DNA of 64,000 nt from Pelagomonas calceolata (taxonomy: Eukaryota), in assembly GCA_918797485.1 (NCBI GenBank), contig CAKKNE010000001.1, positions 1,426,001 through 1,490,000 of the forward strand, in the 5' to 3' direction. A model generated the notes under the pieces. It ran no database searches and was not told where the DNA came from. It saw nothing but the letters and a program-made list of their open reading frames with translations. A program made the translations under genes and the position numbers. Positions within the stretch are counted from its first letter, which is position 1. Every line of letters starts with the position of its first letter. Shown here piece after piece: positions 10,829 through 22,823 of this stretch.

Positions 10829-13800
10829 TCAGGTCAAGGCCGGCGGCGGCGGCGCCGGGAAGGGGACCTTCGCAACAGCAGCGCGCTTCCGCGGCGAGGG
10901 CGACGCGTCACCGTTCGACAGCGACCGCTTTTTCCTAGTAGGAGACGAAGGCAGCGGCGACGGCGGCGTCGACGACTTGGGCGACGGCGGGTTCGCCCGC
11001 GCCGCCGCGAGCAGCTTCCGCGCCCACGCCGGTTCTGTGGAAGCGGGCTCGATCTTCGCTCTTTGATCAGGAGGCAGCGCGAGGAAGGCCTCGAAGCGCT
11101 CGAGCCGCTTCGACCGGTCGTCCGTGACCACCGGTTTCTTTGAGGCCGGCCGCATCCACGCCTCCAGCGCCCTTTCCAATTCGGAAGCGGTCCTACCGCC
11201 TCTTGGTCCGTCGAAGCTCGGATCAGAAACAACGGCCTCGAAGTCCTCGCCGCCGTGCTTGTGCAGCGCCGGCAGGATCCAGCCGTCTCCCTTGACTTCG
11301 CAATACTCCAGCGGCCGCAATAACCGCTGTTGATGTTGTTTAGGATCTCCACTACCGTACATGGACTTGCGCAGGAACAATTTTGATGAGAAGGCCCGTT
11401 GCAGATCCTGGGACGGTTCCTTGGTACATTTCTTGGACCAGCCGTTCACCGTTCTCTCAACAGCTTCGGCCTCGGCCTCCCCGAAGGCACTTCTGATTAG
11501 TTTACCTGACGACGGATCTACGCATTGGTCCGGCCGCAGCTTCCGCCTAAAAAACCTCCTACCATTATCGGTCTCCTCCTCCTCTAATGAAGCAAGAAAA
11601 TCTTCAGCACGATCGCCCAGGAAGCCGCGGCACTTCTTCGCGCCACAAAAACATTTGGTGGACGTCTTCGACGAGGCTCTTTTCTCGTACTTGTCCTGGT
11701 CGCCCTTCCAGCTGTAGTCGAACGTGACCTCCTCGTCCGCGGCGATGGGTCGTTGCGCGACGATGGCGATGCGCTTCTCCCCATCCACCTGTGTGGAAAT
11801 CAAATTTACGGCGCGTTTGTCCTGAATCGCCGCGTCGACCGCCACGCCATCGACGCGACACTGCTCGATGGCGTGGCTGTGCCGGTTCTTCACCGCTCGA
11901 CCGAGCCAGCACGGCCGCGTCATCGCCGAGAAATGACTTCGTGAAGAATTATCGGGTGCACCCGACACACTGGTTGATTCCCACACAGCCAAAAACGGTC
12001 CAGGACTGGCATTCCGCGTTCGGCTCGCACGAGTGGTTTAAGAAGCGAGTCAGGCCGCCTCGACGACTCGCGTCGACGACCTCCTCCTTGTCCAGCGCCA
12101 TGAAGTACCAGTGCTTCTCCTTCCGTTCCCGCCGCAGTTGCGCGTAGTTCCGCGCGCGCATGACCTCGCCCACGTACTCTCCAATAAGCGCGCCGGCCTT
12201 GAAATTTCTGCACGCGAAGAGCCCGAAGCCCCGCGCGTCGCCACAATCTCTCACGTCGATGCCGCCGCCCTTCCACCGTTGGAGGCGCCGGTTGCCGCAC
12301 TTGGCTCCTAGACTACAAGTTCTCGGCGTGCATTCGATGAATGAAGCTCTTGCGGGACAGGTGCCTGTTGTCAAGCAGCCAATCTGTTTTGATTCTTCTT
12401 CATCACTTTCGGAGTCGTCGCTGTCCTTGGTGCGTTGGTCCTTGCGCCTGCGGGGGGCGGCGCGTCGACGGCGTCATCGCGGCACTGTCGAGGACGCCGC
12501 ACCAATACCGCCGCTCCGCGGCCAGCGCCTCGACCTTCTGAGAACACCCGCAGCTCCCGAACTCGTCCCTACATAATTTGAAGCGCTGCTTCGCCGCCTC
12601 CGCGAGCTCCTCGGGCCGCTCCGATCGGTGGATGAGCTCGAACTCATTCAGCGCCACCTCCAAGCTTCTTTTACCTTCTCTCCTACCTTTTTCGCCCTCG
12701 CGCTCGATGGCCGCCTCCACAACCAAGGATAGAGGTAACGTAAAGTCCTGGTACATGGTACCAGTATCTCCCGGGAAGAACGCGAAGGGTTGCGCGTCGT
12801 AGGCCTCCCTAGCTTTCTTTCGCGACGTATGCCGCTTGCAGCCGAACTTGGGCAAGGGCAGGCGAAAGGGCCCCTCCGTCTTCTTCTTCACCTTCCGCTT
12901 CGCTCGGCCCGTGTCGCGCCAGGCCGCCTTGTAGGCCGCAGCTCGAGCCAGCGCCGACTGGTCCTCATCATCCGAATCGCTTTCTTCGGGCGCTGGCTGA
13001 CTCCCATTCTCTTTCTGAGGAACCAATCTAGGCGCCGCGTTCGCGTACCTGCCTTCTTCCAATTGGCCCTCGACCCGTTCGTAGGAAGGATCGAAGAACA
13101 GCTCCGACCACGCCGCGCCCTTGCCGTACTTTATGGATATTTCCTGCTTGATTTTGTCCGTGTACTCGTCATCGCTCAGATCTTCGCTCTCGTCGTCTTC
13201 CGAAGAACTACTGGTCTCCTCTTCCGGGGGACCGAGCTCGTAGCGCTCGTCGCCCAAGTCTACCACTTCTTCTTCGTCGTCGTCGTACAGCAGCGTGTGC
13301 TTCTCGCCGTCAAACGACAACACTTCCCCATAATACCAGCACCGATCTTGAGGCCACCAGACGCGGATGCGTTCCCCGACGCACTCGGCGCCGCGCGGGG
13401 GGCCCTTCTGGGCCTTGGGCTTCGGCTTTTTGGGAGCGGGCGCCTCGTCTTTGTCGTTTGTGGAGGCCTCCTCGGCGGCGTCGCTCGCGGCGTCGCTGGC
13501 GTCCTCCTCCTCGTCGTCGCTCGACGGCGGCGAGCGGGCCTTGCGCCGCGGCGGCGAGGGCGCCGGCGGCGCGCGGCCGCCGCGGCTCGCGCGGCGCGGC
13601 GGCAGGCCCATGGCGAGGCGCCGCGCCAGCTCCTCGTCGCCGGCCGTCGCGTCCTCCGGTTTCGAGGCTTTGGCCCGGGCCTTCTTGGCGGGCCGCCGCG
13701 CGGGCGGCTCGTCGTCGCTGTCGGGCTCGTCGAAGATGGCCTCCGTTGTCGTCTTCGGCTTCGGCTTCGCCGGCGGGCCCTCGGCAGGCTCGGCTTTCGC

Positions 13801-14007
13801 GGCGCCGTTTTGCTTCGTCATCTGCCCAATAGGTAGATCATCGTCGCTGTCTGGTTCGTCGAAGATGGCCTCCGTCGTCGTCGGCGCGCGCGCCGGCTTG
13901 GCCTTGGCTGGCGCCTCGTCGACGGCGGGCTCAGCCTTTGCGGAGCCGTTTTGCTTGGCTATCATCTTAGCAATCGGTAACTCGTCATCGGAGTCGCTCG
14001 AGCTCAT
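10829..14007 (-). CDS. Tudor + AWS-SET-postSET histone lysine methyltransferase (ASH1/SETD2/NSD-like), 3 exons
   Basis: VGERIRVWWPQDRCWYYGEV (Tudor), CGNRRLQR, GEYVGEV, RFLNHSCEPN, EEVTFDY, CFCGAKKCRGFL. Introns at ~12448-12502 and 11789-11996 restore the frame (QSWT/VDGEKRIAI). Confidence 0.9.
11789..11988. mobile_element. Introner (intron 11789-11996)
   Basis: TIR ctgtgtggaaatcaa / ttgattcccacacag (14/15). Internally very similar to 877-1052. Decayed TSD ccatccac / ccaaaaac (5/8). Confidence 0.93.
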
Positions 14008-14353
14008 GGTGCTAGCAGCGCGGCGAGCGATGTGCCGCGAGGCGCGCGCGGAAGCTCAGGCGGCGAGCTGGCAAAACTGTTTCGTGTGAGACCGCGCCGC
14101 ACGCGCGGTTGGATCCCCGGCTGCGAACGCAGCTGCGTGATTACCTCTATTGCAGCGCACGCGTCGAAATGCAGCAGTTCTACGGCGTTTGCGGCGCAGC
14201 GATGAGCCCTCAGCCTTGGCTGCAGAGCTGGGCTTTTGGCTGATTTGTGCGGCCTTTCACGCGCCGTCAGAACGGATTGCGGTGGCCCGGCGCGTGCAAC
14301 GTGACCGCAGAACGCTAACGCCGCGCGCATTCGCACCGGTGCCAGCGGTCGCG

Positions 14354-15490
14354 ATGGCTGTGCTGCACTTTGTCATTGCTGCCAGCGCAGTGCTTGCGCA
14401 GCGAGTCGCAGCGGTGACGACGAAGGCACCGCATGCAGCGCAGTCGACTCTCGCACTACCGGTCAAGCTGTCCCGCCGATCTTTGCTGGCGCTGACAACA
14501 TGCGCGGTGCCGCTGACGCCGCTGCGCGCGAGCGCCGGGCGCGTCGAGGACATGCTTGCGACAGATACCGCCACGATGCTGGAGGACCCAGCAAACGCCG
14601 TGCGCGGGCCGGTGGCGCGGACCGTGCAGACGTCGAAGCTTGGTGTGGCTGTTCGTAGAGCCGTCGTGCGCAGCGCGCAGATAGACGATGCCTTGGACGC
14701 GCGGTGGGACGCGCTATCGTACAAGCTGCGGCCGAAACAGGAGCCGCCGGCGCCGCGGCCGCCGCCGAAGCCGGTCGACGCCGCCTTCGCGGAGGCGACG
14801 CGCAAATGCGGCATCGACGCCTGTTGTGCGGCAGCACGCGTGTCGCAGCGGGCCGTCGAGGATGCGATCGCGGCCGGGCGCGACACGTACGCGTCGCTCT
14901 ACGAGGGCAAGTCCGCGTTCGGCCTGGAGACGTACGCGGCGTTTCGGGCGTTCAATTCGTTCCTCAAGGACGATGCCGCTGCGGCTCGATTCGAAGCCGC
15001 GCTGGGGACTGCGCTCCTCGATGGCGGCCCTTACTCATCAGCGCGGCCAGCACGGCCGGCGCACGCGTCACAGAAAGACCTCGAGTCCGCGATTGCAGGA
15101 TGTGTTGATATTCTCAAAATATCGAAGGCGGCGAACCTCTGCGGCCAGATAGAGGTCTCACCGCCGGACGCCGAGGACCTCGCGGATCTGGCGTCGCGCA
15201 AGGCGTGGGGTGATGAGAACAAGGACGTGACGAACCCGGCGCCGCAGCTCCAGCTGTCGGCCAAACTCGTCGACGCGGCCGAATTGCCCCCGAGACTTAT
15301 GCTCGAGACGCAAGCCAAACGACTCGGCCTGCGCGTGCTGCCCGACGCGACGGCGTCGGCGCTCCGCGCGTATCTGCTGCGCTGCGGCGCGCGGCCGGTC
15401 TGCGAGGAGTACTTCGTCGACGACGTCTACCGGACGGCGTTCGACAAGGACGACTACAGCACGGTGCAGCTGGAGGTGTTGATTAATTGA
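14354..15490 (+). CDS. Putative plastid (possibly thylakoid lumen) protein
   Basis: Signal peptide followed by twin-arginine-like LSRRSLL...ASA; long ORF with host codon usage. Confidence 0.65.
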   Translation: MAVLHFVIAASAVLAQRVAAVTTKAPHAAQSTLALPVKLSRRSLLALTTCAVPLTPLRASAGRVEDMLATDTATMLEDPANAVRGPVARTVQTSKLGVAVRRAVVRSAQIDDALDARWDALSYKLRPKQEPPAPRPPPKPVDAAFAEATRKCGIDACCAAARVSQRAVEDAIAAGRDTYASLYEGKSAFGLETYAAFRAFNSFLKDDAAAARFEAALGTALLDGGPYSSARPARPAHASQKDLESAIAGCVDILKISKAANLCGQIEVSPPDAEDLADLASRKAWGDENKDVTNPAPQLQLSAKLVDAAELPPRLMLETQAKRLGLRVLPDATASALRAYLLRCGARPVCEEYFVDDVYRTAFDKDDYSTVQLEVLIN

Positions 15491-15514
15491 TTGTTGGTGT
15501 GATTCAAAAGTAAT

Positions 15515-16127
15515 TTAGTGTGTACAAACCGCGTCGCACGTCGGCCCGCAGACGCCGCATACCTCCAGACCGGCTAGACACGCGATCGGCGCGACGACAC
15601 TCGCGAACGCGGGCCGCGGGGCCAGCCCAAGGAAGGTGGCGCAGGCTGCTCCGACAAACACGAGTGTCCGGAGGAGCCATCGATGACCGTGCCGGCGCGG
15701 TTCCGGGATCGGGTCGGGCTCCTTTTCGACGGCCTTGGACGCGTCCAGGGCCCACACCGCGAGGGAGATGGACTCGGCGGCCAGCGCGTCCGTCGCAGGC
15801 GTCGCGGTCGGAATGGCCGGCGGTTCCTCGGCGATGGGCGAGAGAGGAGGAGGCGTGACTGGCCGACTGCCCTCCCGCGATGGACTCCCTGCGATGTACG
15901 CGGCGTCCGCCTCGACGGACGAGTCGGCGACAGTTTCGTCGCCCTCGTCGCCGGCCGCCGCGGCCGCAGGAGGCTCCTCTCGCGCCGGCGCCGGCGGCGC
16001 GCGCAACAAGTTCCCGCGGGCGCCGAGCGCGTAGTAGTACCGAAAGAGCTCACGTATCCACTCGATGAGGCTCGTGGCTCCGAGGCGGCCACGGCCGAGT
16101 CTCTCGAACTTGCGCGCGGCCCGCATG
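15515..16127 (-). CDS. Hypothetical protein with two C-terminal TM segments (possibly 5'-incomplete)
   Basis: ORF MRAARKFERLG... directly after an acceptor-like cgcacag at 16130; hydrophobic C-terminus. Confidence 0.5.
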
Positions 16128-16269
16128 ATCTGTGCGCGGCACGCGCGACGACACAGGCTGAGCAAATCAAAATCAAAAATCAAATACTGGGGGGACTGTG
16201 GTGGTCTAGGCGACCGCGCGGCGTCCCAGGGGTCGTCGCGCCGAGACCGTGTGTCGCGTTCACACGTGT

Positions 16270-17263
16270 GGCGACTGGCCGTTCGTTAGAACGGCAAGCG
16301 GCGCTGCCAAAAAGCTGTAAAACCCGGCTCATTTTAGCCGTGCGGCGCGCGGCCCGGACTACGGAGCTCGGAATCGGCATATTTATAGGCCAGGTGCTGC
16401 AGGGCCTGATCGCGTCGTTGGTGGTCCAAGGCGCGCTCCAGAAGCGCGTCAAGTCAGAAAAGGACTTTAATGTTTATCAAAATCAGTTGACCGTGATGAT
16501 GAACATAACCATGCGCGCGGCAGTGTAGACCTCCACGCCATCGCGACGCAATATTTTGATTACCGCGCAGGAACGTCATCTACATCTCGCTGGCCAACAT
16601 CCCCACGTTCTTCGCAGAAAAAGTTGTTTGTGTCTCCGAGCAGGCCGAGGGCTTGTACTCGGGCCTCGCGTATTTACTGGCGTCGACGGTCTCGTCTATC
16701 CCCGTCGCGGCGCTCTCGATCCTCGCCGGCACGCTCATACAGTACCTCATCACGGGTCCCGACCCGGTATACTACCGCTGGTACCTGTTCCCCGAGGTTT
16801 ACTTGAACGCGTTCTTGCTCTACCTCGCGACCGATAGTTTGTTCCAATTCTTTGCAGTCACGCAGAAGTCGTCTGCTGAGGCCCAGAACGTGGCTTTGTT
16901 CTTCTTCGGCTTCATATCTATGTTCAATGGTGTTGCCCCGACGCCTAGCGCGTTCCCTGTCTGGATTCGGTGGGGGATTTGGGTGGTGCGCGGCGCATCA
17001 ATCGTCACCAGCGCTCAGCTCACCGGTCGATGAACGCACAGGTCTCGCCAACGTACTACGCGATGGCCAATCTAGTCATCCGGGGCTTCATCGACGAGGG
17101 CAACGACAACACGGAGAGCATCACGAACGGCGTGGGCTTCCGCAACGACATCAGCTACGGAAGCATCGCGCCGCCGGTCACCTACGTCCTCTTCGCCGCG
17201 TTCATCATCCTCATGAAGGCGGCGACGGTCTACGCGATGCGCGGCCTCAAGCAGGCGAAGTAA
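16270..17263 (+). pseudogene. ABCG (ABC-2 type) transmembrane domain only, with 2 short introns and no nucleotide-binding domain
   Basis: ANIPTFFAEKVVCVSEQAEGLYSGLAYLLA and MFNG...FPVWIRWGIW/VSPTYYA are ABCG TMD motifs. Introns at ~16513-16570 and ~16983-17041. No Walker motifs upstream. Confidence 0.7.
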
Positions 17264-17346
17264 TCTATCAGTCTTAGTACAGGGTATCTTCGGGGATATA
17301 CACTTCTCCTTCGGAATTTCAACAGCCCCGGTTTTTCACGCAACTA

Positions 17347-17781
17347 TCAGAAGTTCATGATCGGCCGGTTCCGCGCGCGACGCTTCATCGGCGAGCGGTT
17401 CCAGGAGTTGACGCGGTGCCGCGGCGGCGCCCGGTGGGGGAAGACGCGGTTGCGCCACGCGCGGAGCGCCGGGAGGACGCTCGTGATCATGGTGCGCGGG
17501 CCGGCGCCGACGGTGTCCCGGCACGTCCGCGACGCAGTCAAGAGGCTGATGAGCTCACGGATGAGGTTGTAGCCATCGTAGGCGAAGAGCTGCGTGCGCA
17601 GCTCCGTCGGGAGCGTCTCGAGCTTCGAGGTGCCGCCCGGCGGGCCGGTGGGCTTCTTCGGCGGCTCTTTGCGGGGCGAGCGCGAGCGGCGGCGCGTTTC
17701 AAGCTTGCGCTGGACGGTTTCCGGGACCAGCGCTGCGAGCGTCTCCGCGCCCGGCTTGTCGCCGACCCAGAAGCGCGACAT
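17347..17781 (-). CDS. Small F-box-like protein
   Basis: LETLPTELRTQLFAY...LLTASRTCR resembles an F-box. Confidence 0.5.
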   Translation of the reverse strand: MSRFWVGDKPGAETLAALVPETVQRKLETRRRSRSPRKEPPKKPTGPPGGTSKLETLPTELRTQLFAYDGYNLIRELISLLTASRTCRDTVGAGPRTMITSVLPALRAWRNRVFPHRAPPRHRVNSWNRSPMKRRARNRPIMNF

Positions 17782-18166
17782 AGCTTAAATGTAGGCGCGT
17801 CTCGCGAGCAATTATTGTTGTTGACGCAGTGCGTCTTTTCACGTTCGCGAGCCGCTGCAGTCGCCGCGCGAAGCTAAAAGTTGGCCCAGCGCAAGCTCAG
17901 GCCTGCTAGGTCGGCTGCGCAACCGCGGCGGCGACGGAGATTATATATTTGGTGCGTCGGCGTTCGCAGAGCACCAGCCTCACCCATCGAGAGCTTGGTG
18001 GCCTACATGTAGTGTCTCGACGCTGGCGCCGCAAATAAGGGAGGGGAGGAGCACCGCGTGATATGTACAGAAGATTAGTCGGGAAGAAGAAGAATGAAGA
18101 ACGGGGGAGGAATGGGGAGGGACTTGTATGTACAACTTGGAACCACCGCGGAACCACACCGCGGAA

Positions 18167-19138
18167 TCACGAGCTGCCGCACGTGTCCAGGTTGTAGTCG
18201 TCGACGAGCGTGGAGAACTCGCTGTTGATGGCGTCCTCGATCGGCGCATTCACCGCGCCGTAGATGTCTCCCGCGAACTGCGGGATCAGCCAGGACTGCA
18301 CCTCGGCCCAGAACCCTTCGTTCGAATCGCACGTGACCGTGGTCGAGTCGCTGATCTTGAACTCGGTGATGGCCGCGGACGTGATCGCGCCGCCCGGCGA
18401 GCAGCCCGCGAAGCACACCGACAGCGTGCCCGTGGCCTTCGCATCCGTGGACTTGCACGTCTCCGTGCCGAGGTTGACTGGCGTCTGCTGGTACGCGCCG
18501 CCGAAGGGGCCCTTACACTTGCACTGAAAGTCGAGATTCGAGAACGTGAGCTTGAGCGTCGAGCCCGACGAGAGCTTGCTCGTTATAGGAAACGAGGCCG
18601 AGAACGCGCACGTCGCGCCGTCGGGCTCCCCGCACGACGTGTCGTCCGTGTTGACGGTCATCGACGCTTGGTCGATGGTCTCGAGCACGAAGTCGCCGAG
18701 GCCCGTCATCTCGGTGAGGTCTAATTTGACGAAGGACTTCGTGCAGCTGCCTCCGCCATCCACAGCGCAGGACTCGTCGCAAAAGTAGTCCTTAGGGATG
18801 TTGATGTCCGTGTTGATCACGTTCATGTAGGGATCGAGGCCGGTGGATTGAGCGAGAGAGTCCCACTCGGCGTTGAAGACGTTCACGAGGCCGGGGATCG
18901 TGTAGTTCACGACGCTCGTCTCGACGGTGCTGTCGCAGAGCGGGGAGGAGGAGTCTAGACGGTGCTGTCGCTTCTCTGGATCGGAGCTTGCTTCTTCTGC
19001 CATGGACCCGCTGTACGCGCCGAGGAGGCAGAGAGCCACCGCGGCGGCCGCCAGGACCTTGGGAGTCGCGCGGCGCGTCTTCGGCGGGTCCGCGAGGAGC
19101 GGCTGGGCTTCTTCAGGATCGAGCGTGGAGGGCTTCAT
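18167..19138 (-). CDS. Type II membrane or secreted Cys-rich protein
   Basis: EEAQPLL, then a TM segment, then an extracellular Cys-rich domain; strong codon bias. Confidence 0.75.
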   Translation of the reverse strand: MKPSTLDPEEAQPLLADPPKTRRATPKVLAAAAVALCLLGAYSGSMAEEASSDPEKRQHRLDSSSPLCDSTVETSVVNYTIPGLVNVFNAEWDSLAQSTGLDPYMNVINTDINIPKDYFCDESCAVDGGGSCTKSFVKLDLTEMTGLGDFVLETIDQASMTVNTDDTSCGEPDGATCAFSASFPITSKLSSGSTLKLTFSNLDFQCKCKGPFGGAYQQTPVNLGTETCKSTDAKATGTLSVCFAGCSPGGAITSAAITEFKISDSTTVTCDSNEGFWAEVQSWLIPQFAGDIYGAVNAPIEDAINSEFSTLVDDYNLDTCGSS

Positions 19139-19430
19139 GTTGTTCAAGGCTGTGAGATGTGAGAGCCTGCGATTTCTCGACGATTACGCAGCGGTGAGCG
19201 CGGAAATTCACTGTGGGCGACGCGCGTAAGGTGTGTAAATGAAAAAGGGCGCCGCTGTTCACTCTTGGTGTTTTCTGCTAATTCCTCAAGCAGTGCGCTT
19301 TTTTCTCCACTCAATCGGAAATACCCGCTTCAACGCTGTCGATGCGACAAGCCTCTACTCGCTGTCGACGCGAGACTCGATTTCATAGATATTACACAAG
19401 CAGATAGAGATAAGCACAGGGCGTACGAAT

Positions 19431-20667
19431 TCACCCTAACTTTGTCAGGTCCGGGTTCGAGATCTTGCGCACCATCTTCGAGTCGTTCGCCACGCCGCGC
19501 AGCGTCTCGAGCTTCGGCAGCTGGAAGCCGAAGTCGTCGCCCAGCTGCTTCTGGACGAGGTCGCACCAGAACGTGTGCGTCTCGTGGATGACCTTGTGGG
19601 CGTACTTGGCGCCCATGCACTTCTCGTCTAAGGCGAATTTGTTCGGCGGCTTGCCGTCGGGGATCTTGTAGGTGCGGAACCACTCCCTTATGAGCGAGAC
19701 GGTGCCCGGGATGAGGCGCTCGACGTCGTTAATATCGTTGAGTTCCGGCGCCCAGCGGTCTTCCGCGTCAATGGCCACGACCTTCCAATCCGTCTCATCA
19801 TCATCAATCATTGCCAAGACACCCAATACTTTGACCGGCCGGATCTCGCCCGTCTGGACCTGGCGCAGGCCGATCTCGCCTGCGAGGTGTGCGCCATCGA
19901 CGCGACGATTCCGCCGTTCTCTCTCGCGGCGGCGACGCCGTCGACGCGATGGCGCTTCCATGAGCCGGACGCAGACACGCACAAACATCCAACGGGTCGT
20001 TGTCGCCCGGGTAGCCCGTGTCTGGCGAGACGTGGCGCGGGTCCTCCCACGTCCGCGGGAAGCAGCCGTAGTTGAAGAAGATGTCTCCTTTTTTAAATTC
20101 GCGCAAGACGCCCTTCTTCTCGTCTTGCTTAATCGGCGTCGCGCCTTCCGTCGTCGCCACTTCGAACTTTTTTCTAGTACACTTGGGAATTTCGCATATA
20201 AAGTTAAACCTGTGCGGAAATCATCAAACGTTCGGGTGAGACGCCTCGTGCGAGGACGCCAAGAACTCTCGCGCTGCGTCGAGGCGGCCAGAATAGTAAA
20301 TAATACCTCCAGGCCGGCCTGACGCACTGGTTGATTTCCGCACCGAGTTAAACAGGCCGCCCTCGGCCACGAGGGGCACGTCGTGCCACAGACTTAACTC
20401 CGCAACCGTCATGTCCTCCTCGCCCTTGGCGAGGACGTGGACGCGGTAGTCCTTCGTGCCGGCCTGGCCGCGCTCCATGATCAGGGATTCGATCTTGCGC
20501 GAGCGCGCCTGCTGCTTGAGTTTTTTTTCTAATTGCTTGTCCTTCGGCGCTTGCTTCGGCTCCTGCGTCGTCTTCCACAGCACGTAGGCGCTTGTCGCCG
20601 CGGCGCCCAGGGAGAGGCCTAGCGCCAGGGCGTCGCTACGGGCGCTGCCGGCGGATGCTGGCGCCAT
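19431..20667 (-). CDS. ppa: Soluble inorganic pyrophosphatase (family I), 3 exons
   Basis: SLWHDVPL, FNFICEIPK, NYGCFPRTWED, GDNDPLDVCEIG, MIDDDETDWK, WFRTYKIPDGK. Introns at 20210-20353 and 19880-19982. Confidence 0.95.
20210..20345. mobile_element. Introner (intron 20210-20353)
   Basis: TIR ctgtgcggaaatcat / ttgatttccgcaccg. Perfect TSD agttaaac at 20202-20209 and 20346-20353. Confidence 0.93.
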
Positions 20668-20871
20668 CGCTGCGGATCAATGTGCTCACAGCAGCGTAGT
20701 TGCAAAAAATAAAGTCTCGGCAACCGCAAGGCCTGCCGTTATGCACCGACGACCTTGAGCCGTTGCCGCCGACGATTCAGCCAGTCCACATCATATCTCT
20801 AGAGTCCGATTCCGCTAGGTTCGGACGCCTGGGTCGGACGCCTGGGTTAAGTGTTATAAACTTAAATTTAT

Positions 20872-22152
20872 TCATACGGACCCTGCAGGACAAGGCCGGC
20901 ACTTCACCCGCCGAGGAGGAGGCGGCGGCGGCGGCGCCAGAGATGACGCGAACGACGGCACGGCCGCGTCGGCGATGCGGTACTCGTCTGACGCGTGGCG
21001 CGGCCGCAGATCGAACAGGGGCCAGTCCTGGACGGCGACGACCTCGCCGGCCAGGCATAGTGTACCGGCCGCGACGCACGCGAGGCGCGGCCACGCGGTG
21101 GGGGTCACGTCTTTGAGGAGAGCAAAGCCGAGCGCCACGAGGTTCGCACACCAAACTAAACCAGCGCCGGCCGTCACGATGGAATCACTCGGTAATCTTC
21201 TAGAAGCGAGCTCGTAGACGGCCCCTACCGGTGCTGTTGCTGTGATGCTACACGCGAAGGCCGCCCACGCGGAGAACGACAGAGGCAGCGCGGCGAGTAA
21301 AGCACCTATTGCGGCTAGAACAGCGCAAGCGCCGATGGCCAGGCGCTCCCGATCTAAAAACGCGACGCCGCCAGCAAGGAGCTGCAGCGCGGCGGCGCAC
21401 GCCGTGGTGGGCGCTCTTCCTAAAGCGCCACCACGACCGGAAGCGCCGCCGCTCACGAGGGCAAAACCCAGACTCAGCAGCAGGTACGTGCGCTGCACGG
21501 CGAGCGGCAGGAAGCCCCGCGGCGCATTTAAGGAGGGCGACGGCGGCGGCACCACCAAAGGTTCGGCGAAGGCCTCGTCGTCGGCGAGTGGCGGCGGCGG
21601 CGGCGGCTTGCGCAGCGACGGCAGGGCAAGGATGAGCATTGCTACGGTTGATAGCGCTACGGTCACGTACCATGCCACAGCAACGGCGGCTTCGATAACA
21701 GTGCCGAGCGACCTCATTGCTAACAAGAGGGCGACGAGCGCCGTGCGCCACAAATCGAGGTGGGGCGTGTAGAGGCGCCACGCGTCGGGCAGGACGTCTC
21801 TAGCTAGTGACGACGGCAGCGCTAATAGTACGACGCCGGCGAGCGCGTTGAGTGCCGAGGCCGCCGTGGCCACGTCTGGCCATGGAATGGCGACGGCGTC
21901 CGGCACGACGGACAGACCAACCAACAAAGCACACAAAGCCAGCGTCCGCGTTCGGCCGAGCTTCCTATATAAACGCGGCACAAATGGCGCGCAGACCACA
22001 GCGACGGCCGGCGACGCTATAATAGGAGACACGGCCCCAAACACGACCGGGAGCGTCTCGTCATCAAATGATAAAGCAGCCGATAGAGCGCTCACGAACG
22101 CATACGCCACGACCGACACCACCGCACCAACATCAAAGGAAGGCCGCTCCAT
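20872..22152 (-). CDS. Multi-pass membrane protein, MFS-like
   Basis: Two bundles of hydrophobic helices separated by a Pro-rich loop; LYRKLGRTR motif-A-like loop. Confidence 0.65.
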   Translation of the reverse strand: MERPSFDVGAVVSVVAYAFVSALSAALSFDDETLPVVFGAVSPIIASPAVAVVCAPFVPRLYRKLGRTRTLALCALLVGLSVVPDAVAIPWPDVATAASALNALAGVVLLALPSSLARDVLPDAWRLYTPHLDLWRTALVALLLAMRSLGTVIEAAVAVAWYVTVALSTVAMLILALPSLRKPPPPPPLADDEAFAEPLVVPPPSPSLNAPRGFLPLAVQRTYLLLSLGFALVSGGASGRGGALGRAPTTACAAALQLLAGGVAFLDRERLAIGACAVLAAIGALLAALPLSFSAWAAFACSITATAPVGAVYELASRRLPSDSIVTAGAGLVWCANLVALGFALLKDVTPTAWPRLACVAAGTLCLAGEVVAVQDWPLFDLRPRHASDEYRIADAAVPSFASSLAPPPPPPPRRVKCRPCPAGSV

Positions 22153-22154
22153 GT

Positions 22155-22370
22155 TTACGTGGACCAGGCGGCCTGCCGGGCCAAATCAGCAAACACGCTA
22201 ACAACAGGCTGGCTGTCCTTCTGGTTCCGCGCCTCGAGGTTCAGAACTTTTTCCTCCATGCGTTCGATGCGGTCCGTGAGCTCGCCGTCCTGCGCTTCTA
22301 GCGCTTTTAGTAGATCTTTAAACGCCTCGTTCTTCTCCTGCTTGGCCTTGTCGTACTTGCTCGGGGGCAT
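22155..22370 (-). CDS. Small coiled-coil protein (71 aa)
   Basis: ATG-started ORF MPPSKYDKAKQEK... with host codon bias and heptads; stop is 2 nt before the next ATG. Confidence 0.45.
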   Translation of the reverse strand: MPPSKYDKAKQEKNEAFKDLLKALEAQDGELTDRIERMEEKVLNLEARNQKDSQPVVSVFADLARQAAWST

Positions 22371-22823
22371 TTGTGCTGGTGGGGGTGAACTCAGCACAAC
22401 TTGTTTGGGGGCGTGCGATGGTCCTGGCTCAGCGGCGACCGCTTGGCGCAGCGACAAATGAACTTTTAGATGAGTGCACGCCGCCGAATGCGCGTTAGCG
22501 GGCTTGTTAACGCGGCAAATCGACACGCCTGAAAACCAAGCTAGCGTGCGCTACACACTAGAGGTAAAAAGCTCGACGCGTCCGAAGCAATATCAGCCCT
22601 ACGGATGGCTCGAGAGCGGCTTCTGGAGCATTTCTTTGGACGGGCTCGTGTGGGCTTGGGCAGTATGAGATTTTGGATGCTGTGCTGCCACCCGCCGTCC
22701 GGGCTGCCCGCCGCACGACTGCTGTGGGGGACCGTCAGGGGTAGCGCAGGCGGAAGGCAAGCAGCAGCCCCAGCGGCGGACCCATACATAACACCCTCAC
22801 AACAAGGACACCAGAGCACCAAT

